The notes beneath the pieces are model-generated. The model searched no databases. It was not told the origin of the DNA and worked only from the letters and a program-made list of their open reading frames with translations. The translations under genes were made by a program, and so were the position numbers. Positions 1 through 10,517 of a stretch of 64,000 nucleotides of DNA are shown piece after piece (the stretch's first letter is position 1; each line of letters starts with the position of its first letter). The DNA is from an uncultured Pseudomonadota bacterium (GTDB lineage Bacteria > Pseudomonadota > Alphaproteobacteria > Rs-D84 > CACZYB01): contig CACZYB010000002.1 in the NCBI GenBank assembly GCA_902785275.1, positions 64,001 to 128,000 on the forward strand, in the 5' to 3' direction.

Positions 1-290
1 CAAAAGAAAATTCAAACAGAAACGAATACGAACGTTATCAGCTTTACAGTAATCAATGTTTCAGATTATTTGAAGATGATATAAACGATTGTCGTGATCC
101 ACTTCAATTCGCAACTGTAAGTAGGGAAACTGAAACAAGTGTTGCTGAAGATGTTGCAAAGCTTACAAAAGGTATGCTTGGCCGTCTTGTTGATCCAAAT
201 CCAATTCACCACATTACTGGTGCAGTTAGTGATATAAAACAAACTATAAGTATTGGCGTTAAATCGGTTAAGAAATTCTTTGGTTGGTAA
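1..290 (+). CDS. 3' end of hypothetical protein (partial, truncated by window edge)
   Basis: Open frame from position 3 to TAA at 288-290 (KENSNRNEYERYQLY...GVKSVKKFFGW*), followed by a terminator hairpin. Confidence 0.7.
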   Translation, partial: KENSNRNEYERYQLYSNQCFRLFEDDINDCRDPLQFATVSRETETSVAEDVAKLTKGMLGRLVDPNPIHHITGAVSDIKQTISIGVKSVKKFFGW

Positions 291-308
291 TAACCGTTTT
301 ACATTTAC

Positions 309-340
309 AAAAAAGTCCCGCCTTGTGTGGGATTTTTTTT
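309..340 (+). terminator. Intrinsic terminator, possibly bidirectional
   Basis: GTCCCGC-cttgt-GTGGGAT stem (with G-U pairs) followed by a T run and preceded by an A run. Confidence 0.7.
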
Positions 341-347
341 ATCTTAT

Positions 348-373
348 AAAAAAGGCACTGTCGCCAATGCCTT
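348..373 (-). terminator. Intrinsic terminator of the lipoprotein gene
   Basis: On the - strand AAGGCATTG-GCGA-CAGTGCCTT followed by a T run; GNRA tetraloop. Confidence 0.75.
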
Positions 374-388
374 AAACTTTTTATGAAA

Positions 389-778
389 TTATCTTTTGTA
401 TGTTAATCTGTACCCCAAATCTAACATACAACGTTTATATGCATTAGGGTTGGAATTTCCTCCATCAGATGGTATAGAAAAGGCAATTCTTTGCCCAACT
501 TCACGATAATCATGTGATTCGAATGTTGCCCAAAGACTATCCCACTTTGGTACAGTTTTTGGTTTCATATTATTGAAAATATTTGACATCTGTGTTTTTG
601 GTTGTACACCCTTTACACCAAGGCATGCCTTATGGTCTTCGATAAACTTTGCCATAACAACATAATCATTTTCCCAATGAAAAACCTGTGCATCATCCAA
701 ATTTCCGGGAACGGGAAAAGCAAGACATCCCGAAAGCAATGCTGATAAAACCGAATATTTTAAGTATTTATTAAACAT
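389..778 (-). CDS. Small hypothetical lipoprotein
   Basis: Signal peptide with lipobox LLSG-C; Cys pair DHKAC...YKRCMLDLGY. Confidence 0.75.
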   Translation of the reverse strand: MFNKYLKYSVLSALLSGCLAFPVPGNLDDAQVFHWENDYVVMAKFIEDHKACLGVKGVQPKTQMSNIFNNMKPKTVPKWDSLWATFESHDYREVGQRIAFSIPSDGGNSNPNAYKRCMLDLGYRLTYKR

Positions 779-889
779 TTTCTCTCTCTCTTAAAAAAAG
801 TATAACATAAAAAAATATTATTTCCAACAGAAAAGAAAAAAAGCTTTATAAAAAAGCTTTTTCTCAAACAAAACTACAAAGAAATTCTT

Positions 890-1435
890 TTAATCGTTTT
901 TAAGTACATTTCCATTTACATCAATAGCCACAGTCTTGTTGTCCTTGTAATTTGTAGCAACAGCAACAAGGTTGTGATCAAATGGAGTTATGTAATCATA
1001 ATAAAGTGGTTTTATAACAACTCTGCCAGTTACATCAATAACACCAGCTTTGTCATTATCACCTGAAACAACAGCATATCCAAGATGGAATGAACCAATT
1101 TTTTTCCATTTTGGTTTTATAACAATGTGAAAGTTTTCATCAATAACGCCATACTTGCCATCTTTTACAATTGTAGCATATCCTTCATAAAAATCGCTAA
1201 TCAAGTCATATACGGTATCAAGAACAACTTCGCCATTTTTTCTTTTTGCGACACCCCATTTATTATCTTTTACCACACGAATAAACTCGCCAACATTTTG
1301 GTTGTGTGCCAAAGGATTATATTCAATAGCCGCAACTTCGTTAAATGAAACATAAGTTTTTCTTTGATTATAGATAAATAAAAATGCAATAAATACAAAT
1401 CCAGAAAGTATCAATGCAAATAAAAATTTTCTCAT
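890..1435 (-). CDS. Membrane-anchored WG-repeat (KWG-type) protein
   Basis: N-terminal TM; repeats KWGVAK..YDLISDFYEGYA / KYGVID..IGSFHLGYA / KAGVID..ITPFDHNLVA. Confidence 0.85.
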   Translation of the reverse strand: MRKFLFALILSGFVFIAFLFIYNQRKTYVSFNEVAAIEYNPLAHNQNVGEFIRVVKDNKWGVAKRKNGEVVLDTVYDLISDFYEGYATIVKDGKYGVIDENFHIVIKPKWKKIGSFHLGYAVVSGDNDKAGVIDVTGRVVIKPLYYDYITPFDHNLVAVATNYKDNKTVAIDVNGNVLKND

Positions 1436-1485
1436 TTTACACCCCTCTATTAAAAAATAACATCAACATAATAATATCAAATTTT

Positions 1486-3540
1486 TTAATCTAGTTCAAG
1501 TAAAACTTTTTCCATTTCTTTTATTTCATCGCGAAGTATAGTTGCCTTTTCAAACTCAAGGTTATTTGCGAATTTAAGCATCTCTTTTTCTTTTGTTTTA
1601 ATCGCCTTTTGAATATCTTCCTTTGATTTAAAATGCTTCTTTTTAGTAACAGGATTTTTTTCAATATTAACATAGTCCATATCTGCTATATTTCCGGCAA
1701 TCTTTTTTGATACAGTTTTTGGAATTATACCATGTTCAGTATTGTATGCAATTTGTTTTTGCCTACGTCTGTTTGTTTCATCAATTGCGTATTTCATAGA
1801 TTTTGTTATATGATCAGCATAAAGTATAACTCTACCTTCTGCATTACGTGCGGCACGACCAATAGTTTGAATAAGGGATCGTTCAGAACGAAGGAAACCT
1901 TCCTTGTCAGCATCAAGAATTGCTACTAACTTACATTCAGGAATATCAAGTCCTTCACGAAGAAGGTTAATACCAACTAAAACATCAAAAACACCCATAC
2001 GCAAATCTTTGATTATTTCGATTCTCTCTAATGTATCAATGTCCGAGTGAAGATATCGAACTTTTATTCCATACTCTGCCAAATAATCGGTAAGTTGCTC
2101 TGCCATTTTTTTTGTAAGAGTAGTGCAAAGAACACGCCCACCAGAAAGAGCAACCTTTCGGCATTCGTGCATCAAATCATCTACCTGATTTTCCAACGGT
2201 CTAACTTCAACCTCTGGATCCAAAAGTCCGGTTGGTCTGATAAGTTGTTCTGTAAATTTACCACCTGTTTGTTCCAATTCCCAATCCCCAGGTGTCGCAG
2301 AAATATAAACTGTTCTGCCCCTGAAATTATTCCATTCTTCAAATTTCAACGGTCTGTTATCCAAACATGATGGAAGTCTGAAACCATACTGAGATAGTGT
2401 TGTCTTTCTAGCTCTATCTCCATTATACATTCCACCAATTTGTGGGACAGATACGTGTGATTCATCAATAAACACAATCGCATCATCCGGAAGATATTCG
2501 AATAGAGTAGGAGGAGGAGAACCCGCAGGACGTCCAGTCAAATACCTTGAATAATTTTCAATACTTTTGCAATATCCAGTACTTTCCAACATCTCAATAT
2601 CAAAGTTTGTTTTTTCTCTTAATCTTTGTTCTTCAACTAATTGATGATTTTGAATGAAGTATTGAAGTCGTTGTTGCAACTCTTCCTTTATCCCAACAAT
2701 CGCATTGGAAAGTGCAGGGCCTGGTGTTACATAATGGCTTGATGGATAAATTGTTGTTGATTTAAGTGAAAGTGTCCTTTTTCCTGTTAGTGTATCAAAT
2801 TCTGCAATAGTTTCAATATCATCACCAAAAAAAGAATAACGCCATGCCTTATCTTCCAAGTGTACAGGGAAAACTTCCAACGTATCCCCGCGAAGACGGA
2901 ATGTACCTCTATCAAGAGCAATATCGTTTCGTTCATACTGCATTTCGGTAAGTGTTTTTATAACATCTTCCAATGGTATTGTTTGTCCTTCCTCTAATGT
3001 CAAGCTCATAGAAGAGTAAGACTCTGGTGAACCCAAACCATAAATACACGAAACGGATGCAACAATTATAACATCCCTAAATTCCAAAAGAGAGCGTGTT
3101 GCCGAATGTCTAAGTCTATCAATCTGTTCGTTAATCGCGCTGTCTTTTTCAATGTATGTGTCTGTTTTCGGAATATATGCTTCCGGTTGATAATAGTCAT
3201 AGTATGAAACAAAATATTCCACATGGTTATTGGGGAAAAGTTCCAACATTTCCTGATAAAGCTGTGCCGCCAAAATCTTGTTTGGAGCCATAATCAATGC
3301 CGGTACCTGACATTGTTGTATAACATTTGCCATGGTAAATGTTTTACCGCTTCCTGTGATACCCAAAAGAACCTGATCTCTTTTACCTTCCTTTATACCT
3401 TTAACCAGCTCGGCAATAGCGGTTGGTTGGTCCCCGCTTGGGGTAAATTGAGATACCATTTTGAACCCCGCTGGTTCCCCAGAGGGTATTTTGTTGTACA
3501 AAGCATGTAAAATAGGATTTTTATCCATAATATTTACCAT
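1486..3540 (-). CDS. uvrB: Excinuclease ABC subunit B (start at ATG 3540 or 3528)
   Basis: GDQP, Walker [30 protein letters not shown]-terminal UVR domain [13 protein letters not shown]. Confidence 0.98.
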   Translation of the reverse strand: MVNIMDKNPILHALYNKIPSGEPAGFKMVSQFTPSGDQPTAIAELVKGIKEGKRDQVLLGITGSGKTFTMANVIQQCQVPALIMAPNKILAAQLYQEMLELFPNNHVEYFVSYYDYYQPEAYIPKTDTYIEKDSAINEQIDRLRHSATRSLLEFRDVIIVASVSCIYGLGSPESYSSMSLTLEEGQTIPLEDVIKTLTEMQYERNDIALDRGTFRLRGDTLEVFPVHLEDKAWRYSFFGDDIETIAEFDTLTGKRTLSLKSTTIYPSSHYVTPGPALSNAIVGIKEELQQRLQYFIQNHQLVEEQRLREKTNFDIEMLESTGYCKSIENYSRYLTGRPAGSPPPTLFEYLPDDAIVFIDESHVSVPQIGGMYNGDRARKTTLSQYGFRLPSCLDNRPLKFEEWNNFRGRTVYISATPGDWELEQTGGKFTEQLIRPTGLLDPEVEVRPLENQVDDLMHECRKVALSGGRVLCTTLTKKMAEQLTDYLAEYGIKVRYLHSDIDTLERIEIIKDLRMGVFDVLVGINLLREGLDIPECKLVAILDADKEGFLRSERSLIQTIGRAARNAEGRVILYADHITKSMKYAIDETNRRRQKQIAYNTEHGIIPKTVSKKIAGNIADMDYVNIEKNPVTKKKHFKSKEDIQKAIKTKEKEMLKFANNLEFEKATILRDEIKEMEKVLLELD

Positions 3541-3655
3541 CAAAAATTTATTTTTTACTTGTCTTAATAAAACTATAAATATAATATATGTCTATAAGGG
3601 GATTGTCAAAGAAAATAAATGCTTATGTTTAGGTGTTTATTCAAAGAGGGGTAAT

Positions 3656-6600
3656 ATGGATTTTCTTAGTTTTTTTTATAATATGAAAAGAAGTTATCAA
3701 ATCTTGCTTGGGGTTGTTGTTTCCCTATTGGCGCTATATATTTTACCTAACTTTATTGATCTAAAGGATCACAAGGAATTTATCGAACAAAAGATAGAAG
3801 AAAATTTTGGTTTCAAAGCATCTATTGGTGGTCGAATTTCTTTTACTATTTTCCCTCGACCATCACTTATTTTAAATAACGTTCAAATTTATTCAAAGGA
3901 TGAAAATTCAAAGGCTGGTATACTTGTAAACGCACATCAAGTTTTCATTAATACCGACATTACAAACATCCTTAACAGAAAGTTTACAATTAAGCGTGCC
4001 GGATTCGTTAATGCAACTTTTTATGCAACATCCTATCGTATATCAGGGTATGAAAATTTGGATAAACTTTTGAATGGAAAATTGTTTAAACAGCTTTTCT
4101 TGAAAAACAGTCGTATCGTTTTCCCAAATGAGTTTATAAACAATATCGATGTTACCCTAAAGGTTACAAGTGATGAAAAATTAAAAGGATACGGAAAGTT
4201 TGATTTCAAGGATGGTACCGTTGACGATTTAACTGTTGTTCTTTCCTATCTTAATAAGGAAAATTATAATTTGGTTACTGATTTTTCTTATATCCAAGGT
4301 CGAAATAGAATGAAAAACAATTTAACCTTTATTGTAAAGGAAAATGAAAAAACATATTCTGGTTCAACCGAACTTTTAACAAATAACATTACGAAATTTA
4401 TTCAACACTTTAATCCAAAGTTTGTTTTGCCACAAACACCTATGTTTAAGGAAAAGTTAATTATAAAAACTTCATTCCAAAATTCTGCTGATGCAATTTT
4501 GTTAACAAATGGAAGTTTAGAAGGAAGTAACGTTGTCGCAACATTCAAAGGAAAGCTTCCTTTCATTGCTAATTCCAACTATAAAATCAATACAAAGGAG
4601 ATTTCGTTAAATTTCGATTTTGTAAACCTTGTTCTTGATCGTGTGATGGAAGTAAACGTTGATGTTGCACAAAACCCACTTGCTACACTTACACAGGCAA
4701 AACCATTGCTCGAGCTATTCAAATTTGCAAAAATAAATATCTTTGCAAAAAGTATTATTTTGCATAATGCGGTTATGAATGATTTTAAACTTTCTACTGA
4801 ACCAATATATTATGATGATAAGTTTAATGGACTTGATGTTAAAAACCTTAGCTATCAAATTTTGAAAAATACATTTTCACTTAAGGGAAAACTTTTAAAT
4901 ATTCCTGATAATATGACATTGGATGCATTTGTAAAAACAGACGTTCCTTTTAATATTTCAAATATTTTTGGGACAAGGTTAAAGATTACAAACTTTGTAT
5001 CAAATGTTACTATGGCTCCTGATTTAATAAGATTAAGCAACCTTTCATCAAACATCGGTGAAACTGATATTTCTGGTGAATTTTCTTATGCAAAACCAAA
5101 TGGTGTGCCAGAATATAATGCAAACCTAAAATCTGAATTTATCAATCTTGATAATATTTTCAGGGAAAAAATTGATTTGCCATTTATTATATCAAAACTT
5201 TCCAGCTTAACTAACAGCAAGTTTAATTTATCCACCGCGTTCAAAAAGTTTAAGATGAACCGTGAAAATTATAATGAACTAAAACTTAAATCTGATTTTG
5301 CTGATGGTACATTGCGTATAAAAAATCTTACTTTCAAAGACAATGATTACTCCAGTCATATGAAAGGGGATTTGGTTGATATTACCGGTACAAATGGAAA
5401 GTTCAAAGATTTTGAATACAAGATTTCATCTTCTACACTAAAGGGTTTAACTCTTCCATTTATCAGAAATACATTCATTGAAAAAATGATTGCGAATGGT
5501 GTAAATCAAATAAACATTTTATTAAACGGAGATGCGGATAATCCGATATCTTCTGTTGATGCAAACTTGAACAACATTCGTGTAAAGGTAAAGGGTAAAT
5601 TGCTTGACAGTAATTCTGAATACAGTATTGAACTTTCACACAATGAATTAAAGGGTTTCTTGTTCTCATGGGGGTATATCGATGCAAACCTTATGAATTA
5701 CCTTTATGACAATATACCTTTCACTGTTTTCGCAGATATAAAAGGTGATAATATTAATAATATAAAACTAAAGATAAAAAATAATGATATAACCGGTTCA
5801 ATCACCCGTGAAAAGGTTAAAAAAGAAACTGTTACTTCAGTTAAATTTAATGCTGAAAAACTTGATATAAAGGGTGTTATAAAACGTATTCGTGAAACAG
5901 ATGGATATGTGGATTTGATTTTAAAACTTGTTCGTTTGCTTTCTTATAACCTTTATGTTTCAGCAGATGTACTTGATGATTATGATAAAAATTCATACCA
6001 AGATTTTGTCCTTGATATACAAAATGTTGAAAATCCAGGTCGTTTAAAATTTGCCCTTAAAAAAGGTGATTATGAAATTGATTTAGATTCGGAAATCGTT
6101 AATTCAAATGTTTTTGAAGGAAATATTGATATTTCAAACTTTACTGTTCCAAAAGATTTGATGAATAACGAACTTTTAAATCTTGTTTCCGGAACAGTTA
6201 ATTCAAATATAAAGTTCAAAACATTTGGAACATCGGCATATCAACTTTTATCAAATCTAAGTGGTGATTTCGATTTGAATATTTTAGATGGTGTTATAAA
6301 GGGTATAAGTGATTACGACACAATATTTGCAAATATTGTAAACCTTTCAAACATTACTACAAATAACGTGATTTATTCGCTTGAGGCATCATTAAAGTCT
6401 GGCCAGTTGGGTTTTTCTGATTTAAGTATAAAGGGTAAATTGAACGAAGCAAGTATTGAAAATGCGGGTTTCAAACTTACCGCACCAAACATTGATGTTT
6501 CAGGTATGGTAAGTGGTAACTTAATCCAAAAATCATTGAATATAGAAAGTGTGTTTGATATCGCAAATCTTTCACCAAACAAGCTTACTATTATGTATAA

Positions 6601-6706
6601 TCTAAAAGGATACATAAATAACCTTACAGGAAGGATTGATACATCATCATTGATTTCAAAGATTAATACAATATACCTACAAAAAAAGAAAAAGGATTCA
6701 ATGTAA
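3656..6706 (+). CDS. AsmA-family (bridge-like lipid transfer) protein
   Basis: ATG at 3656 after GAGGGG RBS; N-terminal TM, AsmA-like GRISFTIFPRPSL, beta-rich body, C-terminal LSNLSGDF..DGVIKG and GMVSGNL motifs. Confidence 0.75.
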   Translation: MDFLSFFYNMKRSYQILLGVVVSLLALYILPNFIDLKDHKEFIEQKIEENFGFKASIGGRISFTIFPRPSLILNNVQIYSKDENSKAGILVNAHQVFINTDITNILNRKFTIKRAGFVNATFYATSYRISGYENLDKLLNGKLFKQLFLKNSRIVFPNEFINNIDVTLKVTSDEKLKGYGKFDFKDGTVDDLTVVLSYLNKENYNLVTDFSYIQGRNRMKNNLTFIVKENEKTYSGSTELLTNNITKFIQHFNPKFVLPQTPMFKEKLIIKTSFQNSADAILLTNGSLEGSNVVATFKGKLPFIANSNYKINTKEISLNFDFVNLVLDRVMEVNVDVAQNPLATLTQAKPLLELFKFAKINIFAKSIILHNAVMNDFKLSTEPIYYDDKFNGLDVKNLSYQILKNTFSLKGKLLNIPDNMTLDAFVKTDVPFNISNIFGTRLKITNFVSNVTMAPDLIRLSNLSSNIGETDISGEFSYAKPNGVPEYNANLKSEFINLDNIFREKIDLPFIISKLSSLTNSKFNLSTAFKKFKMNRENYNELKLKSDFADGTLRIKNLTFKDNDYSSHMKGDLVDITGTNGKFKDFEYKISSSTLKGLTLPFIRNTFIEKMIANGVNQINILLNGDADNPISSVDANLNNIRVKVKGKLLDSNSEYSIELSHNELKGFLFSWGYIDANLMNYLYDNIPFTVFADIKGDNINNIKLKIKNNDITGSITREKVKKETVTSVKFNAEKLDIKGVIKRIRETDGYVDLILKLVRLLSYNLYVSADVLDDYDKNSYQDFVLDIQNVENPGRLKFALKKGDYEIDLDSEIVNSNVFEGNIDISNFTVPKDLMNNELLNLVSGTVNSNIKFKTFGTSAYQLLSNLSGDFDLNILDGVIKGISDYDTIFANIVNLSNITTNNVIYSLEASLKSGQLGFSDLSIKGKLNEASIENAGFKLTAPNIDVSGMVSGNLIQKSLNIESVFDIANLSPNKLTIMYNLKGYINNLTGRIDTSSLISKINTIYLQKKKKDSM

Positions 6707-6907
6707 TCCTTTTATTTTTTTTAATACGAAAACGCGGATTTTACTTGAAAGATTATCATCGGTTGGAATTTCATCAATTTCGGAAATAATTTTTCCCAGT
6801 GATTTATTTTCTCGTTTGCAAATGGCCTTTAATTCTTCCCAAAATTCCGGTTCCAAAGACAAACTTGTCTTATGTCCAGTGATAGTTATCGAATGTTTTT
6901 CAAGCAT
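6698..6907 (-). CDS. Ribbon-helix-helix protein (RHH_4 type)
   Basis: KHSITITGHKTSLSLEPEFWEEL...NLSSKIRVFVL matches the alphaproteobacterial RHH_4 family. Confidence 0.9.
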   Translation of the reverse strand: MLEKHSITITGHKTSLSLEPEFWEELKAICKRENKSLGKIISEIDEIPTDDNLSSKIRVFVLKKIKGLH

Positions 6908-6922
6908 CTGTTTGACCCCAAA

Positions 6923-7369
6923 TTATATAGTTTCTTTTATGTATTCAAGCAACTGTTTGAATTTTTCAAAAACTTTTATTGTTTCAAAATTTATTCTGTT
7001 TAAAATCTTGAATTTTTTATCGTCTTCATCAAAAATAATTATATCAAAAAACATACTGCCAATAATAACGCGGTTATTGATTAAAGGATTTCCACTTTTT
7101 ACAAGAGGCATATTCACATCTACAACATTTGGAAATTTATAGTTATATTTTGTTCGTTCAAAAACTTTTGTGCCATAAAATTCATACGGAGGAAGTATCA
7201 AACCGTCGCTTTCTTTTAAAAACTCTTGATATTCCGGTGGAATAGGCGAAAGGTTGTTATTCTTAAGCATCGCATTTGTAAAATCAATCTGAGAGATATT
7301 TGCGTTGTCAAATCTAACCGCATTTGGAACCATATTTTCAAGGATTGTAATTTCTTCTTTTAAACTCAT
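6923..7369 (-). CDS. SMI1/KNR4 (SUKH, YrhA-like) family protein
   Basis: IPPEYQEFLKESDGL...FYGT signature; start overlaps the upstream stop by 1 bp. Confidence 0.75.
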   Translation of the reverse strand: MSLKEEITILENMVPNAVRFDNANISQIDFTNAMLKNNNLSPIPPEYQEFLKESDGLILPPYEFYGTKVFERTKYNYKFPNVVDVNMPLVKSGNPLINNRVIIGSMFFDIIIFDEDDKKFKILNRINFETIKVFEKFKQLLEYIKETI

Positions 7370-7935
7370 TAAAACCTCCCTGAATTTTTTAAAAACATAG
7401 TACTTCCAATTTCTGACATCTTATCGGCAGATGTGTTTCCACCCGCACCGGCAAATCCCTTTAATGCAGGAAGAAATACTATGCCATCAGGATTTGGCAC
7501 ATAAAGCTCTGTTGGAAGTAAAAATCCATTATTTTTATCATAGCCAGGATACTCCTTATTAAACGATAAAATCTGTTCATCAATAAAGGTATCAAGTATC
7601 TGTTTAAATGGGCGTGTTCTTATCAAAAACATATTGGAAAACTCAAGCTTTCCGCCATATTCCACAGGTTTTTTAAGGTATATAGTTATGTTTTCATTAA
7701 GTATCCCAGCATGCAATTCCTGTATTGCCTCAATCGGAAAATTCGCTTCCATAAGTTGTGATATATTGTTATAAGAAACATACTGTATTAATTTTTTTGA
7801 AATTTTAAAAAAGTCATTTCTAAATGCTTCGGCATTAAGGATATTTTTACCCTTATACGAAACTTTTGATATCGGCATTTCAGGAAGACCAAGTTTCGCA
7901 ATTAAATCGTGATAATATTCTTCACTGAACAGCAT
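7369..7935 (-). CDS. Degenerate HNH-endonuclease/toxin-like protein
   Basis: IYLKKPVEYGGKLEFSNMFLI..PFK aligns by eye to VHHxxPLxxGGxNxFxNLxLI..PxH but with His/Asn replaced; YVPNPDGIVF tail. Confidence 0.55.
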   Translation of the reverse strand: MLFSEEYYHDLIAKLGLPEMPISKVSYKGKNILNAEAFRNDFFKISKKLIQYVSYNNISQLMEANFPIEAIQELHAGILNENITIYLKKPVEYGGKLEFSNMFLIRTRPFKQILDTFIDEQILSFNKEYPGYDKNNGFLLPTELYVPNPDGIVFLPALKGFAGAGGNTSADKMSEIGSTMFLKNSGRF

Positions 7936-7944
7936 TTTTACCTC

Positions 7945-9060
7945 CTATCCGACTTTTTTAATTGGTGATTTTTTCGCCTTTTTATTAAAATATTTCATCA
8001 AGGTATTAACAAAGTTTTTATAACTTTCCAAAACCTCGGTTCCTGATTTATCCGGCAAAACATCAATCAAATTAGGAAGATCAGAACGGTTCATAAAACG
8101 AACAACATCTACACCAATTTCTTCCCATTTTGCCTTGATATCAGCATAGTTTGAAACAGTAGCACTTGGAATAACCACAACAGGTTTTATCAAAATACCA
8201 TTGTCTTCTGGTAATACTTCGTTAATCATATTTTGAATCATATTTGCAACATTTTTAATTTCCCCAACCGGTGATGGAAATTTGTGTTCATTCGTAAACC
8301 AAGAAGGAGTTTCTCCCTGTGCGTTTGAAACTTCGTTCGCAATAATTTCGCCGGTTTCTGTGGAAATAATACCAACCACTAAAGTATCACTTTCGGCAAT
8401 TGCTACGAAATCAATATCTGTATTGGCAATAACTTGAGCCCCCATATCGACATAGCCCGCATCAATCAAAACATCATCAATCATATTTTTGTAAACATCT
8501 CTGGCGCTAAGCATTCCTGACATATCCACAACATTATTTTCTTTAGGTGTATTTTGCGGTATTACCTCGGATTGTACAGAAGGTGCCTGTGGTGCAACCT
8601 GTGTCTCTGGTTGTACTGGTTGTGGTGCAATATCAACTTTTGTTTCGGTAACTGTCTTTACCACATCATTTACTGGCTTTTCCATAACAGTTTCCTTTGC
8701 AGGTTTTACCTGATTTGAAACATTGTTTCCATACAAATTTTCCCACTTTGCAATGTCTTCTTGTGAAGTATTATTTAAAAAAGAAACAGGGTTTTCCACC
8801 GCCTGTCCATTACTTTCATTCACAGTATTTTTATGGCTTTCTTTTAATGTAAGAATTCTAACTAATGCAAGGACATAAAGCGAAGCATTAACTGATGAAA
8901 CGATAAGTAAAAACTTGTCCTGAGAAAAGATATATCTGAAAACACCAATAGATGGGAATTTATGAAAATTAACCCCCCACCATGTGTTCATCCAATACAT
9001 AATTGGCCCAATCAATATGCCAGTAATTATTAAAATATAAAGGAATTTTTTCTTTATCAT
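7945..9060 (-). CDS. Membrane protein with P/Q/V-rich linker and C-terminal NERD-like domain
   Basis: Two N-terminal hydrophobic segments; DIDFVAI...SWF...PSPV...IKPVVVIP pattern resembles NERD; ExK motif absent. Confidence 0.55.
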   Translation of the reverse strand: MIKKKFLYILIITGILIGPIMYWMNTWWGVNFHKFPSIGVFRYIFSQDKFLLIVSSVNASLYVLALVRILTLKESHKNTVNESNGQAVENPVSFLNNTSQEDIAKWENLYGNNVSNQVKPAKETVMEKPVNDVVKTVTETKVDIAPQPVQPETQVAPQAPSVQSEVIPQNTPKENNVVDMSGMLSARDVYKNMIDDVLIDAGYVDMGAQVIANTDIDFVAIAESDTLVVGIISTETGEIIANEVSNAQGETPSWFTNEHKFPSPVGEIKNVANMIQNMINEVLPEDNGILIKPVVVIPSATVSNYADIKAKWEEIGVDVVRFMNRSDLPNLIDVLPDKSGTEVLESYKNFVNTLMKYFNKKAKKSPIKKVG

Positions 9061-9063
9061 TTT

Positions 9064-10443
9064 TTATTTTCCTTTTGATGCATCCTGCCAATGTTTTGCA
9101 ATAAGACTAGCCTGTTTTTCATCAGCTTCTTCTTCTTTTAATTCATCATAAATTTCTTTATATCTATTTTCGATATAATCTTTACCAAAAGTTGATTCTT
9201 CAAGACCTTTCATTATACGAATAATAACATTTGCATATTTCGATGGAATAGTATCCTTATCTTTTTTGTTGAAAAGATCAATTCCATTCATAAAAGCTTT
9301 TAATTTTGCTTGGCTTTCTTTTGTAACCTTACCATCCTTATCACGTTCAATAAAGCTTATAAAAGTTTTTGTTAAAACTTCATTTGGAATATCACTTTCT
9401 TTTGAAAAATCGAAAAACTTTTTTCTTGGTTCATACTTTGCATTTACCCTTTTTATTGCTTCATCCTTTGATATGTTTTTCTCGTTCATAAGTTCCACAA
9501 CCTCACTTGCAAAGTTAGTTTGTTTTCTTGCTTCAAGTTCTTCATTTAACTTTTGACACAAAAATTGGTTAAAGTATCCTGCGGTTTGAATCTCATTTTC
9601 TTTTAGATTCCAACCAGGTTTAAAATCTGTATCACCCGGAACAATACCCATATTTTTAAATTCATTGAAAGTATCTCTTACTGATGAGTTTTGGCTTCTC
9701 CAGTTTTCAAATTTATCAAGAGATGCCTTGGTTGCGTCAAGCCCTTCATAAAAGAATTTCCAAGGAATAATGATAAATTGGTTAAGTGCAGGTTGAATAA
9801 TTCCCAAAAATTGGTCAAGTTCTGGTATACCAGAGGTTATTTTCTTTTCAACACTATACTTATAAATTTGCTTTGCATCTTCTTTGATTTCGGGCCTTGG
9901 AACATCTTTAAAATCTTCTTTTATGTTTTCAGTTACCGATCCAACAGGTCCTTCCTCCTTCTCTTTTGGTGCATCTTCTACAACATTATCGTTGATACCA
10001 GCCTTATATTCATCACTTGCCTCTTGTGCAATTTCTTTGGCTTCTTTTTCTGTGATATTAGGGTACTTTTTCACAATATCATTTGCAACTTCATCAACGG
10101 TTTGTTTTTCAAGCCCAGCCCTTATAATCGCATCAATTTTTTTATCTATGCCATCAACTTCTTCATCCATAAAGTTCTGTATCGATGAAAGATAGCCATT
10201 TTTACCAAGTTTTTCGATTTTTCCATTAAGGTAGTCATTGGCAATATCAAACAAAGGATAATAGTTTAGGTTTGTCTTATCTTTCTTAAGTTCATCTATC
10301 TTATTCAAAGCTTCTTCTTTAGGAAGGCGATCAACAATATCCTTAGTCTTTTCAATCATAAACAAAAGTCCATTTTCAAGTTGCTTTCTGAATGAAATTA
10401 TTGACTCTGTGTTTTTTTCGTCATTATCTAAATTTTTTACCAT
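9064..10443 (-). CDS. Hypothetical E/K-rich helical protein
   Basis: 459 aa ORF, AGGTG RBS, no TM or signal peptide, first gene of a tightly spaced operon. Confidence 0.8.
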   Translation of the reverse strand: MVKNLDNDEKNTESIISFRKQLENGLLFMIEKTKDIVDRLPKEEALNKIDELKKDKTNLNYYPLFDIANDYLNGKIEKLGKNGYLSSIQNFMDEEVDGIDKKIDAIIRAGLEKQTVDEVANDIVKKYPNITEKEAKEIAQEASDEYKAGINDNVVEDAPKEKEEGPVGSVTENIKEDFKDVPRPEIKEDAKQIYKYSVEKKITSGIPELDQFLGIIQPALNQFIIIPWKFFYEGLDATKASLDKFENWRSQNSSVRDTFNEFKNMGIVPGDTDFKPGWNLKENEIQTAGYFNQFLCQKLNEELEARKQTNFASEVVELMNEKNISKDEAIKRVNAKYEPRKKFFDFSKESDIPNEVLTKTFISFIERDKDGKVTKESQAKLKAFMNGIDLFNKKDKDTIPSKYANVIIRIMKGLEESTFGKDYIENRYKEIYDELKEEEADEKQASLIAKHWQDASKGK

Positions 10444-10517
10444 AAAACACCTTAATTTTATTTGATTATTTTAAATCTATTGTTTATTATATACTAAAAA
10501 GGAGAGAGAGGCAAGAA

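Noticed and set aside
3461-3655. N-terminal extension of the 1081-aa ORF
   Set aside because: It overlaps the uvrB start on the opposite strand; the RBS and TM position support ATG 3656
6698-6907. RHH gene as antitoxin or regulator of the HNH-SUKH operon
   Set aside because: RHH_4 genes are, to my recollection, commonly convergent with AsmA genes in Alphaproteobacteria, so it is probably ancestral context rather than part of the system
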